The notes: generated from the letters alone by a model not told the origin. 61,879 bases of DNA, filler included, from Bonamia ostreae (GCA_040357525.1; 15 parts of 15 records of this genome joined end to end with filler, not necessarily neighbours in it); one strand, 5' to 3'. Shown: positions 37,127 to 48,168, numbered from the whole stretch's first letter. Numbers and translations: made by a program.

Positions 37127-38221
37127 TTTATCTTAAAAATTTTTTATAATAAGAGAACAAAAATTTTGTTAGTCAAATTTTTTATACAATTCATCAGGGT
37201 TTGAAATTTTACGTTTCTTATNNNNNNNNNNNNNNNNNNNNNNNNNNNNNNNNNNNNNNNNNNNNTTAATTAATTAANNNNNNNNNNNNNNNNNNNNNNN
37301 NNNNNNNNNNNNNNNNNNNNNTAAAAATTTAATAGATTTTCAAGAATGTAAAAATAACAATGAAAAATGGGTTTTTCGTCCTGAAATTGAAAAAGATATG
37401 AAATTTAATGATTCGACCGAAGAAGAAAAAAGCATTTCAAATTTGACATCGTCAAATATAGCATCTGCCATTAACAAGGGGACATTGAATCAAATTTCTG
37501 AGAAAAATACAAAGGTAGAAAATTTTGAACTTTTATTGAACAATAAAATGGATCAGAAATTTGAGGAAATAAAGCAAAATTTGAAAATTTTGTTAGATAA
37601 TAAAGGGTGTCCAAATGGTTTTAGCAGAAAGGATATGCTAATTGGCAAAAAAAGAAAATATGAGAGTGGCGATGTCACAAGAAAAATTAAAAAAAGATTG
37701 ATAATGATGGATAAAAATTTAAGTTTCACATTTTTCTCAAATCCATATTAAAATTTTGAATTTGTTCGTTTAATAAAGTTTATTACCTTAAAAAGGAGAA
37801 AGAACAATTAAAGAAATGAACCTCAAATTTTTTGAAAAATTCGAAGACTTTTACGTCACAGAGAAAACAAAGAAAGAGTACCTTCATCTAATGATGCAGA
37901 AAAAACCTTTCTTTGTCGAAGGTGAATACAAGTATAAATGGAAGCTATCAAAACTTTACAATGGCATGGACAGACAATTGATTCTGATCAAGTTTTTTAT
38001 TTGAAGAGACAGAAAAGATTTGAGAAAAGATTTTAAGAAGGGCAAATCAAATCGATTTTTAAGATTTTTGAGACAAATTAATTTTAAAAACGGTTCTGAA
38101 AAATCGAAAAAGGGAAATATTGAAAATTTAAACCGGTTTTTCATTTTAACGATATTTTTCAATTTTCATGAAAATATAATAAAGAACAACAACAACAACA
38201 ACGACATATGTAAGTGACGAA

Positions 38222-38581
38222 ATGATTAGTCGGATGAGAGAGGGTTCGAGATCGACAGATATTACCGAAGATAAAATCAACAGCGTAGAATTTTCGAGTA
38301 CACGCGAGCACACAAAACCAGTGATGAAATATAAGAGACGAAAGGAAAAAAGAGAAAAGAAGAAAAGAGATAGGAGAGAGAGAAAGGAGAGGAATAAGAA
38401 GAAAAGAGAGAAAAGAGGATTCCAAAAAAATTTGGTTATAACATTGGCTAAAATTCCATTACATCTCATTTTGTTGCCAATTAAGGTTATCGGAAAAGTG
38501 GTGAAGTGCAGGAAAAATTGTTTTTATTGTTTTCGTTTGTGGTTATTCTTAAAATTTTATTTTTGCGAATTTTTTGAATAG
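38222..38581 (+). CDS. Hypothetical small basic protein
   Basis: 119-aa ATG-initiated ORF with a K/R/E-rich tract and a hydrophobic segment; no family recognised. Confidence 0.3.
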   Translation: MISRMREGSRSTDITEDKINSVEFSSTREHTKPVMKYKRRKEKREKKKRDRRERKERNKKKREKRGFQKNLVITLAKIPLHLILLPIKVIGKVVKCRKNCFYCFRLWLFLKFYFCEFFE

Positions 38582-38916
38582 TAACAATTTTAACTTTGTT
38601 AATATTGAATAAGGTTTTGGAAAGACATTGGAGAAGAATGACTATTGATTCAGTATTTAAATCTTTTTAAAAATATTGTTCAATTTTTTTCAATTTACGC
38701 CTTGCAATGAGAGACTGTGTCAGGGCTAAAGCTCCTTTGCTTCAATAAAACCATATTTACTATAAATGTAAATATATTGAGAAATCAGTGGGTTACCTAC
38801 CGTATGTGCAATGGAACAACCTACAGACTTCATCCTTGTCAAAATCTTGAAGGTCAACTCCAGTTTGGCAAAAATCAAACGAACTTGCCCGAAGCAAATT
38901 TATATTTTGATTTTTG

Positions 38917-39355
38917 TTAAATATATTTTGAAGCAAAGATTGAAATCCGTTTCTTAAATAGACACAAAAATATATTTTGAAGCAAAGATTGAAATCCGTT
39001 TCTTAAATNNNNNNNNNNNNNNNNNNNNNNNNNNNNNNNNNNNNNNNNNNNNNNNNNNNNNNNNNNNNNNNNNNNNNNNNNNNNNNNNNNNNNNNNNNNN
39101 NNNNNNNNAAGCAAAGATTGAAATCCGTTTCTTAAATAGACACAAAAATATATTTTGAAGCAAGATGGAAATATTTTTGTTAAATAGACACAAAAATATA
39201 TTTTGAAGCAAAGATTGAAATCCGTTTCTTAAATAGACACAAAAATATATTTTGAAGCAAGATGGAAATATTTTTGTTAAATAGACACAAAAATATATTT
39301 TGAAGCAAAGATTGAAATCCGTTTCTTAAATAGACACAAAAAATATTTTGAAGCC
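38917..39355. repeat. 48/49-bp alternating minisatellite (97-bp higher-order unit), spans a gap
   Basis: aaatagacacaaaaatatattttgaagcaa is followed alternately by agattgaaatccgtttctt or gatggaaatatttttgtt. Confidence 0.92.
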
Positions 39356-39361
39356 CATTTA

Positions 39362-41102
39362 CTATTCTCGCGTCAGCAATGATCGGCCTTGCATTTCTAC
39401 CGGAACATCCAATCCCATCAAATCGCACACAGTAGGCGCCACATCCCTCAGCGAACTTTTTCCATCTCCCTTCAACCCCAACTTGAGCCCATTCTCCAAA
39501 ACCGGTTGTACTAATGCGAAAGGAACTCTGTTGCAGTTATGGGAGGTCTTGGGATCGCCTCTGTCATCAATCATCTCTTCCGCGTTCCCGTGATCGGCTG
39601 TCACCAACATGACATACCCATTCTCCTTCGCCGCTTTGACGCATTCGCCGACACATCGATCTGTCTCTTCGACTGCTTTCAACGTCGCTTTGTAATCGCC
39701 TGTGTGGCCGACCATATCAGGAGGAGCGAAATTGCACATGATGAAATCGTATTTTAGATCCATCGCGTCAATAACTGCTTCTTTCACTCCGTCCATCGAC
39801 ATCTCCGGCTTCAGATTGTATGTTTTTACTTGAGGGCTCTTCGATTTTAATTGTTGGTTAAAATTTTTATTTCGAATAAGTCTTTAACTAAGTTTTCTAA
39901 TATTCCAATTTGTTTTTCTAATTAATTTTTCAGGTCAAAAGTTTTTTCAATTAAATTTATTTTTTCGTTAAATTATTTACTTTTACATCAAATTATTATT
40001 TTTTGTGAAATTATTTATTTTTTCCGTAAAATTATTTTTTGAATAAAAACGGGGACCAGTTTTCTAGTTTCGTTTTTGAACGGTTTTTCGCAACGCCCGT
40101 TAAAAAAGAAAGTGACGTGGGCGTATTTTTCGGTTTCTGCGCTATGAAACTGCTTCAAGCCCTTTTCAGCGATCCATTCCGACAACACGTTTTTGACGTA
40201 ATCGGGGGGAAACAAGACCGGCAAATTGAAGTCTTTATTGTACTCTGTCATTTGGTAGACGCCCAAGTCACTTAAGATTTGCTCTGTCTTGAATGACGGT
40301 TTTTTCCCAAATGTTTCGACGATTTGGCGCATTCGGTCTGAACGGAAATCGATGAAAATTAGAACGTCGTTGGATTGAATTTTGCCTTCTTCCGGATTCA
40401 GAAGTGTTGCGGGTTCCATCATTTCATCGAAAATTTTCTTTTCGTAACTTTTGAAAAACGGTAAAAGTCCGACAATAATACAAAAATTGATAATTTTTAG
40501 AAAAAAAGTCCGGTTTATTTTTCGTATAAAAAAGTGAAAAAAACTTTTTCTTTGTGAATGCCTCGACACCTTTTAAAGAATGCTCGATTTGTTCACCATT
40601 TCCGTTCACCAAAAGATCGTAGGCTCTTTCGATGCGCTCCCAACGGTTGTCTCTGTCCATCGCATAAAATCGACCGATAATTGTCGACAATTTGCCGTAA
40701 TTTTGTTCTTTCGTGAAATTTATTAATCGTTTCAAATATTTTGTTCCCGAATTCGGAGCTGTATCTGTTCGATCAATTTTGTTACAAGAATTTTAGCTAA
40801 ATTCAATGTTTTTAACAAAAATCAAAATTTGGAATTAAAAGAATGATAACCTCTTCCATCCATAAAAGCGTGTACAAACGTCTTCGAAATGCCATTTTCT
40901 TTGGCAATTTTTAGTAATTCGAACAAATGATCAATGTGGGAATGAACTCCGCCATCCGAAAGCAATCCGAGGAAATGCAGTTTGGATTCGTTCTGTTTAA
41001 CTTTGGAAAATGCATTTAGCAGTTCTTTATTTCTTTTTAAACTGCCGTCTTCAATCGAGCGGTTTATTTTCACCAAATCGGTGAATAATTGTCTTCCGGC
41101 GC
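39362..41102 (-). CDS. gpmI: 2,3-bisphosphoglycerate-independent phosphoglycerate mutase, 5'-partial
   Basis: GAGR, LHFLGLLSDGGVHSH, HAFMDGR|DT, GRFYAMDRDNRWER, DFRSDRMRQ, AETEKYAHVTFFFNG, PDMVGHTG, TADHGNAE; GT-AG introns restore the frame. Confidence 0.97.
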
Positions 41103-41164
41103 CTTTTGATGTTTTATTGTTTGTTTGCAAATTCTTATAAAAATGTACATTTTAACCAGCCATG

Positions 41165-41351
41165 TTTGATCGATTTTTAATGTTTTATCAAATTTTAATT
41201 GACCATTTTTGATCGACTTTTTAATATTTTATCGAGTTTTAATCGACCATTTATGATCGATTTTTAATGTTTTATCGAGTTTTAATCGACCATTTATGAT
41301 CGATTTTTAATGTTTTATCAAATTTTAATTGACCATTTTTGATCGACTTTT
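41165..41351. repeat. ~43-bp minisatellite inside an iPGM intron
   Basis: Unit tttatcgagttttaatcgaccatttatgatcgatttttaatgt, about 4 copies up to the contig end. Confidence 0.9.
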
Positions 41352-41495
41352 NNNNNNNNNNNNNNNNNNNNNNNNNNNNNNNNNNNNNNNNNNNNTTAAT
41401 TAATTAANNNNNNNNNNNNNNNNNNNNNNNNNNNNNNNNNNNNNNNNNNNNAAAACAATTAAAAAATTAAAACTTGTAACAAATTAATAACAAAA

Positions 41496-41720
41496 TCAAC
41501 AATCATCGAATATTTTGATTTTCTTGCAATAATCCTTAGGAACGCATCCACTGTTGCTTGTTTCTTCAATCCCCTCAAAACCATTAAAATACAGTTTTGG
41601 ATTTGATTTTGGAAAGTTTTCGTTCGTGTAGAAAATGGTACCTGCTACAAAAGAACCGGGATATAACAACGTTTGGCCATTTTGATCTTGTTTGATCAAT
41701 AATTTTACAAAATTTCTCAT
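41496..41720 (-). CDS. Possible arrestin-N-like domain protein, partial
   Basis: LYPGSFVAGTIFY...KLYFNGFE resembles the start of arrestin-N folds; weak evidence. Confidence 0.3.
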   Translation of the reverse strand: MRNFVKLLIKQDQNGQTLLYPGSFVAGTIFYTNENFPKSNPKLYFNGFEGIEETSNSGCVPKDYCKKIKIFDDC

Positions 41721-41930
41721 TTTAGACTTTAAGGATTTTTGTTTTCAAGAATTTTCTATTTTGAAAAAATGTAAAGCCATTTTGAACGATGGCATCAATA
41801 AAATCTACTCTTTCAAAACACATTACATGGAAACTGCTCATAACGAAACATTTAAGCCCAAACAACAGCTTTTACTTATAGAACAAAACCTTAAATTAAC
41901 TTTGCTTAAAAATAGTTCTGGCTAAATAAA

Positions 41931-42665
41931 ATGACTGTAGACCCCAAAGTAATGGAGGAGAGAATCGCTAAGCGATTCGGCAATAAAGCGGTTCAAACAC
42001 GCGGAAGAGGCGCAGTACGCCAAAACGCCAAAAAACGCGTGAACAAAAAGGTCGAAGAACAGAAACTCAACGCTCTTCTGGAAAAAAACCACTTAAACAA
42101 CAAAATAGAAGACATTCCGTCTGTCACTTTTATCAAAGACGACGATACTGTCGTCACCTTCGAAAAGCCGGTCGTCAAAGCAACGATCCAATCGAAGATT
42201 TTTGCCATTACCGGAAAACAGATCAATTCGACGATCGAAGAAATGATGCCTGGAATACACAAAAAACTCGACGCGGAGACTCGAAAGCGATTTCCACTCA
42301 AAGAAGAGGACATAAAGAGCATCGGAGAATTTCCGGATTTAGTCGAAGATTTCGAAGCCATTTCTAATCAAAAAGACGAAAATGATAAAAAATCTTCAGA
42401 CCAAATTGAAAAAAATGACGAGAAAGTGAAAATTGAACAAATTGACGAAAAAGCCAAAAATAATGAAAAAAAGGACGAAAAAGACGAAAATAATGAAAAA
42501 AAGGAGGAAAAAGCCAAAAATAATGAAAAAAAGGACGAAAAAGTGAAAAATAATGAAAAAAAGGACGAAAAAGCGAAAAATAATGACGAAGAATTATCAG
42601 TGAGCGAATACGACTCGGAAGAATCGTCTCAATACAGTTACAGCGATGAAGAAGAGAGCGAATAA
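41931..42665 (+). CDS. BTF3: Nascent polypeptide-associated complex beta subunit (BTF3) with acidic, repetitive C-terminal tail
   Basis: VQTRGRGAVR, IEDIPSVTFIKDDDTVVTFEKPVVKA...FAITG, EEMMPGI and PDLVEDFE; tail of 10-aa NNEKKDEKAK repeats. Confidence 0.92.
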   Translation: MTVDPKVMEERIAKRFGNKAVQTRGRGAVRQNAKKRVNKKVEEQKLNALLEKNHLNNKIEDIPSVTFIKDDDTVVTFEKPVVKATIQSKIFAITGKQINSTIEEMMPGIHKKLDAETRKRFPLKEEDIKSIGEFPDLVEDFEAISNQKDENDKKSSDQIEKNDEKVKIEQIDEKAKNNEKKDEKDENNEKKEEKAKNNEKKDEKVKNNEKKDEKAKNNDEELSVSEYDSEESSQYSYSDEEESE

Positions 42666-42668
42666 AAA

Positions 42669-42995
42669 TTATGGCGCTTTTATTAATTTTTCGATTTGGT
42701 CCATTTTTTCCGCCAATTCAAAATCTTTTATTGTTAAATTTTTGGCGCTGTGCGTTGTAAGGCGGACGTTTACTTTATTGTAGACGTTGGACCATTCGGG
42801 GTGGTGGTTCAGTCCTTCGGATTCGTAGCCAGCTTGGGTCATGAAGAAAAGCGAATGTTTGAAGTTGACGAACTTGAATAGTTTTGTTATCGAGCGGCCA
42901 TCTTTTCCCTTTTTGTTGTAAAACGATTTTAATGAAAAGACCATTCTCCATCCGGGCAGTTTTGTTTTGCTGATAACTTTTATCGGAGAAGACAT
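42669..42995 (-). CDS. PCBD: Pterin-4-alpha-carbinolamine dehydratase
   Basis: ITKLFKFVNF...FFMTQ...E.LNHHPEWSNVYNKVNVRLTTH...LTIKDFELAEKMD. Confidence 0.95.
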   Translation of the reverse strand: MSSPIKVISKTKLPGWRMVFSLKSFYNKKGKDGRSITKLFKFVNFKHSLFFMTQAGYESEGLNHHPEWSNVYNKVNVRLTTHSAKNLTIKDFELAEKMDQIEKLIKAP

Positions 42996-43109
42996 TATGG
43001 AATCGTATTAAGATTATAGCGATTGTGAGCTTACGATGTCCGAATAAGAATATTTTCGTATAAAAATTTAGAGAAGTATTTTAAAATGAAGATTATTGAA
43101 ATTAGCGAC

Positions 43110-43182
43110 GCTCCCTTGGTCTAGCGGTTATGATATCGGTCTTATGAACCGAGGGTGACGGGTTCGATTCCCGTAGGGAGCA
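43110..43182 (+). tRNA. tRNA-Ile(UAU), intronless
   Basis: Acceptor stem GCTCCCT/AGGGAGC, anticodon arm TCGGT-CTTATGA-ACCGA, T arm ACGGG-TTCGATT-CCCGT, discriminator A, followed by a TTTTT Pol III terminator. Confidence 0.93.
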
Positions 43183-43324
43183 TTTTTCGATTTTTGGAAA
43201 CATGAACGAATTTTATAAAATTTAATTATTTTGAAGTTGATTTATTTTGAGCATTTTTTAATTTCTTGGGCGTAAATAAATTATTGAAATGTTGTAAAAA
43301 TTTTATAGAATATTGATCAATTTT

Positions 43325-44214
43325 TTAATTAAAAACTACATACACATATTTCCAATCTTCACATTTTGCGATTTGATCATTTGAGTGTTCGCTCATAAAT
43401 CTAGCAAATGATTCCGAATCCTTTTGTAAACAGCGTATTTTTAAAGAATGATTACCAGAATACACTACGTGATCATATTCATCAGAATGATTTATAGAAA
43501 AAGGTTCAAAACTTTCATTGAATACGTAGAAATTCATTTCTACTGTCATTATGAATAGAAATATAGGATTGGTCAGATTTAAAATGGTGTATAGATCGGT
43601 ACCGTTAATCAAACATTCTTTGATGCTATTCAAAGATATATAAAAGTTTGACGGGAAATTGCCATCAAAAAGTAAGTAAAGCGAGCGTAGCACAAAATAA
43701 CAAAGTTTCTCAATATTCTCTTTGTTTGGGGTTTCGACATATTCACATTGGACCAAGTTAAAGAGAATAGCGCCACTTGGGTCAAAATTAACGGTACTTA
43801 AATCAATTTCATCGACAAGATATAATTTTTTGTTTACCAAAGTTCTGATCATGATCAAAACTTGTATATAATTTCTCACTTGTCGTTATAAAATGTGAAA
43901 CCAGAATCCATAGAAGTTAAATTTGGTAGCGATTTTTTAAAAGATTTGTTACATAAATTCATGTTGGTCTTTCGCACAAAGCATCGCTTGTGAGGGCAAT
44001 AACTTTCTTTTTCCAATTGAAAGATGAACGGCAATGAGGGACAGACTTCGAAAAGTTTGTCTGCGGTTGTTCTGTCTCTTTCAGAGTATTCAACATGAGT
44101 CTTTGAAGCATTGAGTGAAAAGGGTCTCCGATTGGGAAATTTGCCAACGTCAACTTTTATGTATTCTGGGTTTTTATCTGTTAATAATAAACCTTTAATT
44201 TCTCCTGATGCCAT
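43325..44214 (-). CDS. Uncharacterised protein, copy 1 of a tandem family (about 284 aa)
   Basis: ORFs 44214-43876 and 43879-43325 join through a 35-nt phase-2 GT-AG intron; a clear paralog lies upstream. Confidence 0.7.
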
Positions 44215-44302
44215 TTTCAGATTTAAATTATTATTTTTTTAATTTTTGCTGTAATTTGAATAATTTTGATTCATTTTTAAATTAAAAATTTTATAAAACC
44301 AC

Positions 44303-44422
44303 TTATTTCGTAGAGTACAAGACTATGTCGTCGGCGTATCCTAATGATTTCTTCTCCGTTTTTAAGAGCTCTGATGCGTACAAGTTGAATAAAAGCGACG
44401 AAATAGGATACCTTGAAACACA
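44303..44422 (-). mobile_element. Relic of a non-LTR retrotransposon reverse transcriptase
   Basis: Translates CVSRYPISSLLFNLYASELLKTEKKSLGYADDIVLY*, matching the S.LLFNLY and YADD RT motifs. Confidence 0.85.
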
Positions 44423-44675
44423 CTTATTTGCGTTATAAAGACAGCTGTGCTTTCATTAAATCAAATGTTTGTTTTCCAAAATTGATTTTATTTCCGAAAA
44501 AATGGGAAGCAGAAAAAACATAGCTTTTTTTCATGGTTGGCTACTTTATTAACCGTTATGTTTACATTGAGAGCATACATTGTTGAGGTCACAAATACTT
44601 TTTCAGTCATATTACCCTCGCTAGAAGCCCTGGTTGAGCACTCGATGGTCCTGTTACACTCAAGACAACTTTAAG

Positions 44676-44875
44676 AATTTCACGCAGTTAATGTCTTGAA
44701 CAAATTTCCTCTTCCCCACAAAAATGGTGAAAAAATGTAAACATAAATCTGAATGACGGAATGGGATGGGTTCAAAAGAGGAAAAGATGACCTGAGAGAA
44801 TCAAAAGAGGATGGGTTCTCCCTAGTACATAAAACGAAAAAAAAATTGATTTTATTAATCAAATTTTCGATGGCA
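44676..44875 (-). repeat. Short dispersed repeat with copies at about 34830-34945 (+) and 49405-49548 (+)
   Basis: Shared core gaaYccatc...ccattttt..ggggaagargaaattt..tcaagacattaact found on three different contigs. Confidence 0.7.
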
Positions 44876-45047
44876 CAATAAAAGTAAAATCTATATACCA
44901 AATGAAGTATAAAAATAGTTAATGGTTGTCATTTTTTAATACCGCAAATGCTGGGTCGACCATCAGTAACGACCATGAAAGATCCATTGAATACAAATTA
45001 AAATTTTATTTAACATGAATTTAATATGCAAGATGCTTCTTCAATAA

Positions 45048-45470
45048 TTAAAAGAAAAAGATATAAACATATTCCCAATCTTCATACATTCTAGCATTCA
45101 AGTGATCGTTCATGAATGTATCAATTGACTCAGAATCCTTTTGAAAAAAGCGTATTTTGAAAACAGATCTATCTAAATATACTGTGGACTCATATTCATA
45201 AGAAGGAATTAAAGAAACAGGTTCAAAACTGTCATCGAATATGTAGAAATTTGCTTCCACTGACAAACATAATCGAAATATATCATTATTGGGATTTAAA
45301 ACGGTGTATAGATCGGTACCGTTAATCAAACATTCTTTGATGTTTTTTAACCATCTAAAAAAATATCGCGGGAAATCGTCATCAAAAAGTGAGTAAAGCG
45401 AGCGTAGCAGAAATAAACAAAGTTTCTCAATATTCTCTTTGTTTGGGGTTTCGACATATTCACATTGGAC
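45048..45470 (-). CDS. Uncharacterised protein, copy 2 of the tandem family, 5'-partial
   Basis: VQCEYVETPNKENIEKLC, IKECLINGTDLYT, QKDSES and EDW.YVY are shared with 43325-43754. Confidence 0.75.
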   Translation of the reverse strand, partial: VQCEYVETPNKENIEKLCLFLLRSLYSLFDDDFPRYFFRWLKNIKECLINGTDLYTVLNPNNDIFRLCLSVEANFYIFDDSFEPVSLIPSYEYESTVYLDRSVFKIRFFQKDSESIDTFMNDHLNARMYEDWEYVYIFFF

Positions 45471-45570
45471 NNNNNNNNNNNNNNNNNNNNNNNNNNNNNN
45501 NNNNNNNNNNNNNNTTAATTAATTAANNNNNNNNNNNNNNNNNNNNNNNNNNNNNNNNNNNNNNNNNNNN

Positions 45571-47058
45571 CTAAAAGACCTGGATCAAGTTCATCCGGTT
45601 CATACCCCATTTTTTCTCTGACAACGGCCTTCAATCCTTGTGATCCAATAGGCAGATAACTATCTCTATGGACCCAACAAAAAGCGTCAAGATGCAAACA
45701 AAACTTTCCTCTAAAAGTCTTTTTGCTCCTAAAAACTCCAATCTCCGCGAACAAATTGAAATCGTGCACTAAACATCGTTTTTCTATAAAAGGCCAATCG
45801 AAGAAATCGCCGTTGTAAGTTACATAAATTTGCGGTTTCGACTGCTTCAAAAGTTCGAAGAATCTCTGCAACAACGAGATTTCGTTTTTTTCATTGAATA
45901 TTTTGAAAGGCCCTTTCAGATTTGGTTTTGGAGTATATTCAAAATCTTCGATGTCTTCGAGCACTACTTTTCTGTTAACTATGAGATATCCCTTGTTTTT
46001 GGAATGCATTTTTCATTGTTACAATGTTGGAAATATGCACATAGGATTGGTAACAATAAAAGAACTTGTGTGTTGATCATTAGGGATATCATCATAATCT
46101 CGTCGATTTCCGAATCGGGAAATCGCAACGGCGCTTTGGTCGTCTCGATGTCAAAAGCGCAGATGTTCATATTCGGTCGATCGAGTTTGTCGTTCAAAAT
46201 CTTAACGGAAACAGTTCCATCTCTGTCCGAGACTAAATTGTACCAATTACCGATTCGGATTTTGTTGTCCATCAAAAATCGCTGCAAAAAGTTAATATCG
46301 TGTTCTCTTATTTCTTCGATTGCACCAAATATGTTTTTTCGCTTTGAATTTTTGTAATTTAAAAATGAATTTTCTGAAACGTTTTCAGAAGAATGGGCAA
46401 TGTACTTTTCTTTGCGATTTTTTATGTTATTCAGAATTTTGTCTCTGACGATTGTCAAAATTCGTTGATTTGGAAATGACATTTTTAGAAATTTGGCCTT
46501 CTTTCCGCTCAAATGGTTGTTCTATTTTTGAAATTTTGGTCAAAATTAGTTTTGCGTTATAACCAAAATTATCGATTTTATGGACAAACCATGTCAAGAT
46601 CTTCTTTATGAACAACTTCGATTTTACTGATGAATCCGGGAAAGCGTTTAATAAACTCGGATTCGATGTCGTCTTTTTCTGTCGATGTCCTTACGAAGAA
46701 ATAAGGTTTATAAGCCATGGCAGCGGTGAAAGTCTCAGAATTTTGATCGACAAAGTACATTTTGATTGCACTGAGTTCCGTTTCAGTTTCTTTTTCCAAC
46801 AGCGAAGACTATTTTAAAAATAAGTTTGAACGATTTCAGCGTTGAAAAGCCATCCGATTTTGTGTGCAGACTTCTTTAACGGCGATATGGCCATTTCAGC
46901 TTCGAATTTGTTTTGTTCCAAATTTAAAGCCGTTTGAGTTTTAGCTTTTTGTCTTTCGGTTCTGGTCAATTTGCCTTTTGTCAAACTTTTAAACTTGTCC
47001 TTGTTATGAAAGGCGCTTGCTTTCGTTTTTTAGTTTTATAATATCGATGCTTTCTCAT
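45571..47058 (-). CDS. POLE: DNA polymerase epsilon catalytic subunit, N-terminal/exonuclease part, 3'-partial
   Basis: IGWLFN, YKPYFFV, KEDLDM|NNHLSG, IREHD, AFDIETTKAPLRFPD, DEIMMIS, VTYNGDFFDWPF and WVHRDSYLPIGSQGLKAV. Confidence 0.97.
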
Positions 47059-48168
47059 TTTTAAAAATTAGGAAAGGTTTACGGATTAAATTCCATATAT
47101 TTTTAATCAATCTTGTATGAATTAAGAGTTGGTAATCGTAGTAAATAAATTGTAGTCTTTACTCAGTGTAGACGACTCTGCACAAAAAAAATAACAATGA
47201 CATCGTTTCAAAAGCAAAAATTCTGTTAACAAATTGTATTTTAATATGCAATTTTTAAACATTTTAAATATTGTATAGAATAGATAATTTAAGATTCATC
47301 TTTATTCAAATTTACTATTTAAGTCAATGCAGATTCGACCAAATCTCTCAACTTTTCATTTTATTCTTCGACTCTTCACTTTTCAATGATTATCAACTTT
47401 TAAAACGGAATAAAAATATTTTTGTATTGAAAAGCAATCCAATTTTATATGTATCTTTAATGGTAGTATTGCAATTTCAATATGGACAACATCTATTTCG
47501 TAAGACATCGTATTTTCTTTTTTAGATAACAGAATACAAGGTGAATCAGATGGTTTTGGTGGGTTGAGATCCCACACTATCAGGAGATAGGAATCTAATG
47601 TCGTAATGAGGTTTCTCTGCAGATTAACAAATAAAAAAAATGATTATGTCTCTCACATCAAAACTTTGCATTGAAGATTGTTTGCACCACCTTTTATAAT
47701 TTGGTTTTCACACATTTTCATTTTGTCGTTAAAATTTGCTGATCAACAAAAATTTAATAATTTGGTCAAATTTTGTCGTTTGTAAAAATTAAAAAAAAAA
47801 TTGGTCAAATTAGTTCAATATTTAAAATTGTTAAAAAATTTAGTCATTCAATTTAAACTAATTGAAAATTTCAGTTTTTAATTTGATCTTTCGTAAATTA
47901 AAATTCGCATTTAAACTTTTTCAAAAATCTTTTTTTGGTCTCAACATCATCGACCTGAAATATAGTCACCGTTATCTAAAATAAACATATTGATCAAAAT
48001 ATGCGACAAATTGATCAAAATAAACATACGAAGCAACATTAGTTATTAATTAAAAAGCAGATTCAACAATGGAAATTATGCCGGGTTTAATAGATGAAAG
48101 AAAGTGAATTTAATAGGTTTTTTATAAAAGTGTAAATTGGTTTAACTTAAAAATTTTATTAAAAAAAT

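Noticed and set aside
39362-41102. iPGM as a recent bacterial transfer or contaminant
   Set aside because: It carries native-style spliceosomal introns, and cofactor-independent PGM is widespread in eukaryotes.
971-41351. Minisatellite arrays as possible CRISPR arrays
   Set aside because: Units are contiguous with no unique spacers, there are no cas genes, and the context is eukaryotic.
43110-43182. G37 and lack of an intron in tRNA-Ile(UAU) as a sign of recoding
   Set aside because: Intronless Ile(UAU) tRNAs with a CUUAUGA loop occur in other eukaryotes such as plants, and nothing suggests ATA is reassigned.
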